Assembly: GCA_018069465.1 (NCBI GenBank)
Contig: JAGPUW010000016.1
Span: 14,548 to 78,547, forward strand
DNA from: Gammaproteobacteria bacterium
Lineage (GTDB): Bacteria; Pseudomonadota; Gammaproteobacteria; Pseudomonadales; Porticoccaceae
Length of the DNA: 64,000 nt
Direction of reading: 5' to 3'
Shown here: piece after piece, positions 61,211-64,000 of the stretch
Layout of the letters: each line of letters opens with the position of its first letter
How positions within the stretch are numbered: position 1 is the first letter of the stretch
Translations under genes and position numbers: made by a program
The notes under the pieces: model-generated
Seen by the model: only the letters and a program-made list of their open reading frames with translations
Database searches by the model: none
Told to the model about the DNA's origin: nothing

Positions 61211-61251
61211 TTTTACTCGATACCCATGTATTAGTTTGGTTGTCAGAAGGT
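61135..61251 (+). repeat. Functional copy of the 117-bp phd/vapC junction that is duplicated at 59983-60099
   Basis: Direct repeat, about 94 percent identical by hand alignment. It spans the antitoxin 3' end and the toxin 5' end. Confidence 0.8.
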
Positions 61252-61608
61252 AGTCATCTCTTGGGTAGTGATGCGCTGGCATTGATTGATAGCGCGCTCA
61301 AAAACGATGAGCTGTTTGTGTTGTCAATTAGCTTTTGGGAGGTTGCCATGCTGGTTGAAAAAAAACGCTTGAGCATGGATGTTAGCGTGCCGATATGGCG
61401 CTCTAATTTGCTGAGTAGCGGGCTACAAGAGCTTCCGCTTACTGGCTGTATCGCTATTGAGTCGGCGCAGTTGCCTGACTTTCATGGTGACCCGGCAGAT
61501 AGAATGATTGTGGCAGCGGCAATAAATTCAAACGCAACGTTATGCACGGCAGATCAAAAAATCTTAGCCTGGGAGCATGATTTAATTCGGCTCAGTGCAA
61601 AGCAATAG
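61207..61608 (+). CDS. vapC: PIN-domain toxin VapC
   Basis: VILLDTHVLVWL (first acidic PIN residue), SISFWEVAML, and C-terminal DPADRMIVAAA...TLCTADQKI. Confidence 0.8.
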   Translation: MILLDTHVLVWLSEGSHLLGSDALALIDSALKNDELFVLSISFWEVAMLVEKKRLSMDVSVPIWRSNLLSSGLQELPLTGCIAIESAQLPDFHGDPADRMIVAAAINSNATLCTADQKILAWEHDLIRLSAKQ

Positions 61609-61666
61609 CTCCTATCTGTCAGTATCGTGCTGATAACTTTTTACTCTCAAGCGAAGGACTGTGAAA

Positions 61667-63091
61667 ATGATACCCGTTGTACTTTCTGGTGGTTCTGGTA
61701 GTCGTCTGTGGCCGCTGTCACGAGCCCATTACCCGAAGCAGTTTATTCCTCTCGCTGGCGAGCAAACTATGTTGCAAGACACCCTCGGGCGCCTGCAGGG
61801 TTTGCAGGCTGAGGGCTTGTCGCCACTGGTGATTTGCAATGAGCAGCACCGCTTTATGGTTGCTGAGCAGTTGCGTGAAATCGATGTAACTGCACAAAAT
61901 ATTTTGCTCGAACCGGTGGGGCGCAATACGGCGCCGGCGGTGGCGTTGGCGGCACTTGCTGCGGCCCCGGAGGATATTCTGCTGGTCTTGCCAGCGGATC
62001 ATGTGATCGATGATGTTCCCGCTTTCCATCGTGCCATCGAGCTGGCCTGTAGCGAAGCCGAGCAGGGCGCGCTGGTGACTTTTGGCGTGGTGCCTACTTC
62101 GGCGCAAACCGGTTATGGCTATATTCAGGCAGCGGGTGGCGGCTTGTCGCAGGCCGGTGGCTCTGTCGCCCAGCGCATTGCCCAGTTTATCGAAAAGCCT
62201 GACTTGGCCACGGCGCAGGCCTATGTCGATAGTGGTGGCTATTACTGGAACAGTGGCATGTTCGCGTTTAAAGCCTCGCGTTATTTAGAGGAGCTGGAGC
62301 GCTATCAACCGGCGATGCTCAGTGCCTGCCGTGCTGCGCTGGATGGGGCCAGTGTCGATCTCGATTTTACCCGTATTGATGCCGAGCTATTCGCGGCCTG
62401 TCCCGACGATTCCATCGATTATGCGGTGATGGAAAAAACCGATAACGCGGTGGTGATTCCCCTCGATGCGGGCTGGAGCGATATCGGCAGCTGGTCAGCG
62501 TTGTGGGATATCTCTGAGAAAGATCCGCAGGGCAATAGTTGCAAGGGCGATGTGCTGGCGATTGATACCGAGAATTCCTACCTGCACACCAATGGTCGTT
62601 TGCTGGCCACGGTTGGGGTGAAAAATCTGGTAGTGGTCGAAACCGATGACGCGGTGCTGGTGGCCGATAAAAGCCGGGTGCAGGATGTTAAGGCCGTGGT
62701 TAATCGCTTGCAGGCCGAGGGTCGCAGTGAGCGGGACTCCCATCGCAAGGTCTACCGGCCCTGGGGTATGTACGATTCGATTGCCCAGAATGGCCGCTAT
62801 CAGACTAAACGCATTGTGGTGAATCCGGGTGCGCGGCTGTCATTGCAAATGCACCACCACCGCTCCGAGCACTGGGTGGTGGTACAGGGCACGGGGCTGG
62901 TGACGCGCGGTGACGAGCAGGTTCTATTGTCGGTCAATGAGTCGACGTATATCCCCATCGGCATGCGCCATCGGCTGGAGAACCCCGGGGTGATTCCGCT
63001 GGAAATTATCGAGGTGCAGACCGGAGATTACCTCGGTGAAGATGACATTGTGCGCTTTGATGACCAGTACGGGCGTGCGCCTGAAAAGTAA
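61667..63091 (+). CDS. manC: Bifunctional mannose-1-phosphate guanylyltransferase / mannose-6-phosphate isomerase (type II PMI-GMP)
   Basis: [31 protein letters not shown] and a C-terminal cupin ([16 protein letters not shown]...NPG). ATG 61667 lies 7 nt after the GAAGGA RBS. Confidence 0.9.
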   Translation: MIPVVLSGGSGSRLWPLSRAHYPKQFIPLAGEQTMLQDTLGRLQGLQAEGLSPLVICNEQHRFMVAEQLREIDVTAQNILLEPVGRNTAPAVALAALAAAPEDILLVLPADHVIDDVPAFHRAIELACSEAEQGALVTFGVVPTSAQTGYGYIQAAGGGLSQAGGSVAQRIAQFIEKPDLATAQAYVDSGGYYWNSGMFAFKASRYLEELERYQPAMLSACRAALDGASVDLDFTRIDAELFAACPDDSIDYAVMEKTDNAVVIPLDAGWSDIGSWSALWDISEKDPQGNSCKGDVLAIDTENSYLHTNGRLLATVGVKNLVVVETDDAVLVADKSRVQDVKAVVNRLQAEGRSERDSHRKVYRPWGMYDSIAQNGRYQTKRIVVNPGARLSLQMHHHRSEHWVVVQGTGLVTRGDEQVLLSVNESTYIPIGMRHRLENPGVIPLEIIEVQTGDYLGEDDIVRFDDQYGRAPEK

Positions 63092-63321
63092 GGTGGGGCC
63101 AAGCTGATAGCGCCAGCCTTTGGTGGGGTGTTCGCCATTCTGTCGGGGGTCTTTAATAAGCCGAGCCGGCGCTCAACGTCACTGGTCGAGCTGGCAACTT
63201 AGCACTGCGCATCGGCGTGGTGCTTCTGTACAATGGCGCCCTTCACGATGTTTGTTCAATGCCCCTGGGGGTCGTCAGTCAGTCCCGCTTAAGTAAACAT
63301 AACGCAATAGTAGTCAATCCA

Positions 63322-64000
63322 ATGAATTCTTTTGAAGTCCGTGCTCTGCTGGCTCTGGCCTTTCTCTACGCCAGCCGCATGCTCGGTTTATTTATGGTGT
63401 TGCCGGTTTTCGCCCTGTACGCAGAGGGTTATCCGGGTAGCTCGGCGCTGCTGGTGGGTGTCGGTTTGGGTATTTATGGCCTCAGTCAGGGCCTGCTGCA
63501 AATTCCTTTTGGGCTGCTGTCTGACCGCATCGGTCGCAAGCCGCTGATCTTTGCCGGCATGTTGTTGTTTTTGGCGGGCAGTATGCTGGCGGCGACGGCG
63601 GACTCTATGGCGGGGCTAATCGTCGCGCGCGCCCTGCAGGGTGCTGGCGCGGTGGCCAGTGTGATTATGGCTCTGTTGTCAGATCTCACCAAAGAGCAGA
63701 ACCGCACCCGAGCCATGGCCTCGATTGGCGGCAGCATCGGCCTGTCTTTTGGTGTGGCCATGGTGCTTGGCCCAATAGTCGCTAATCACTGGGGTTTATC
63801 CGGGGTGTTTTGGTTGACGTCGGCACTGGCGGCTATCGGCATTTTAGTGGTTTTATTTGCTGTGCCTAGTCCGCTGGCGCGCCACGGGGGGCACGCGGTT
63901 ATCCCCGTGCCATCGATGCTGGGACGGGTGCTGCGTGATGCTGAGTTGAAGCGCTTAAATATCGGTATTTTCGCCCTGCATTTCGCACAAATGGCGACCT
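63322..64000 (+). CDS. MFS transporter (YajR-like), N-terminal part; runs off the window
   Basis: Not in the ORF track in this frame because there is no stop in the window. ATG 63322 gives MNSFEVRALLALAFLYASRMLGLFMVLPVFALYAEGYPGSSALLVGVGLGIYGLSQGLLQIPFGLLSDRIGRKPLIFAGMLLF..., with the MFS motif A (G.LSDRIGRKP). The 63332..63547 track ORF is an out-of-frame shadow. Confidence 0.8.
   Translation, partial: MNSFEVRALLALAFLYASRMLGLFMVLPVFALYAEGYPGSSALLVGVGLGIYGLSQGLLQIPFGLLSDRIGRKPLIFAGMLLFLAGSMLAATADSMAGLIVARALQGAGAVASVIMALLSDLTKEQNRTRAMASIGGSIGLSFGVAMVLGPIVANHWGLSGVFWLTSALAAIGILVVLFAVPSPLARHGGHAVIPVPSMLGRVLRDAELKRLNIGIFALHFAQMAT

Noticed and set aside
63332-63547. A 71-aa track ORF at the start of the MFS gene
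   Set aside because: It is out of frame relative to the clear MFS reading frame that opens at ATG 63322 and continues to the window end. Its translation is Cys/Trp/Arg-rich nonsense.

Overview
This is a chromosomal segment of a fairly GC-rich gammaproteobacterium. The gene order resembles Pseudomonas or Cellvibrionales-type marine gammaproteobacteria, but the taxon is inference only.

Backbone. Roughly 1-42.7 kb and 61.7-64 kb are conserved housekeeping genes:
- yjgA (partial) and mgtE
- the ptsO-rapZ-ptsN-hpf-rpoN-lptB-lptA-lptC-kdsC-kdsD block, then yrbG
- a stand-alone mlaC-like gene, then ibaG-murA-hisG-hisD-hisC
- a degS/algW-like protease, sat, a yhcB-like gene, an alpha/beta hydrolase, zapE, rplM-rpsI
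- petA followed by one ORF that fuses cytochrome b and cytochrome c1
- sspA-sspB, a thiolase, ubiX, cspA, tRNA(CAU)
- rpoD-dnaG-yqeY-rpsU, tsaD-folB-folK, an Hsp20, an SDR, cca, uvrA
- at the right edge, manC and a partial MFS transporter

Accessory island. Between uvrA and manC (about 42.8-61.6 kb) the sequence is visibly more AT-rich and encodes an ABC-transporter-dependent glycan system:
- wzm-wzt, with an extended Wzt C-terminal domain
- a zinc-ribbon methyltransferase
- a 1362-aa protein with the layout methyltransferase / helical segment / GT2 / GT4-like / zinc-ribbon methyltransferase
- a GT-C-like polytopic membrane protein, followed by GtrB-like, methyltransferase and GtrA-like genes
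- a five-gene set for GDP-D-glycero-D-manno-heptose and its 6-deoxy derivative
- a divergent GT2
- two type II toxin-antitoxin modules (mazEF and phd-vapC); a 117-bp copy of the phd/vapC junction lies upstream of mazEF

The most unusual items are the multidomain polymerase/terminator candidate, the Gtr-type module with an embedded methyltransferase, the 6-deoxyheptose pathway without a phosphatase, the toxin-antitoxin junction duplication and the in-frame petB-petC fusion.

I saw no CRISPR array, rRNA, transposase or integrase. All family assignments come from reading motifs in the translations. No database search or numeric GC calculation was possible.
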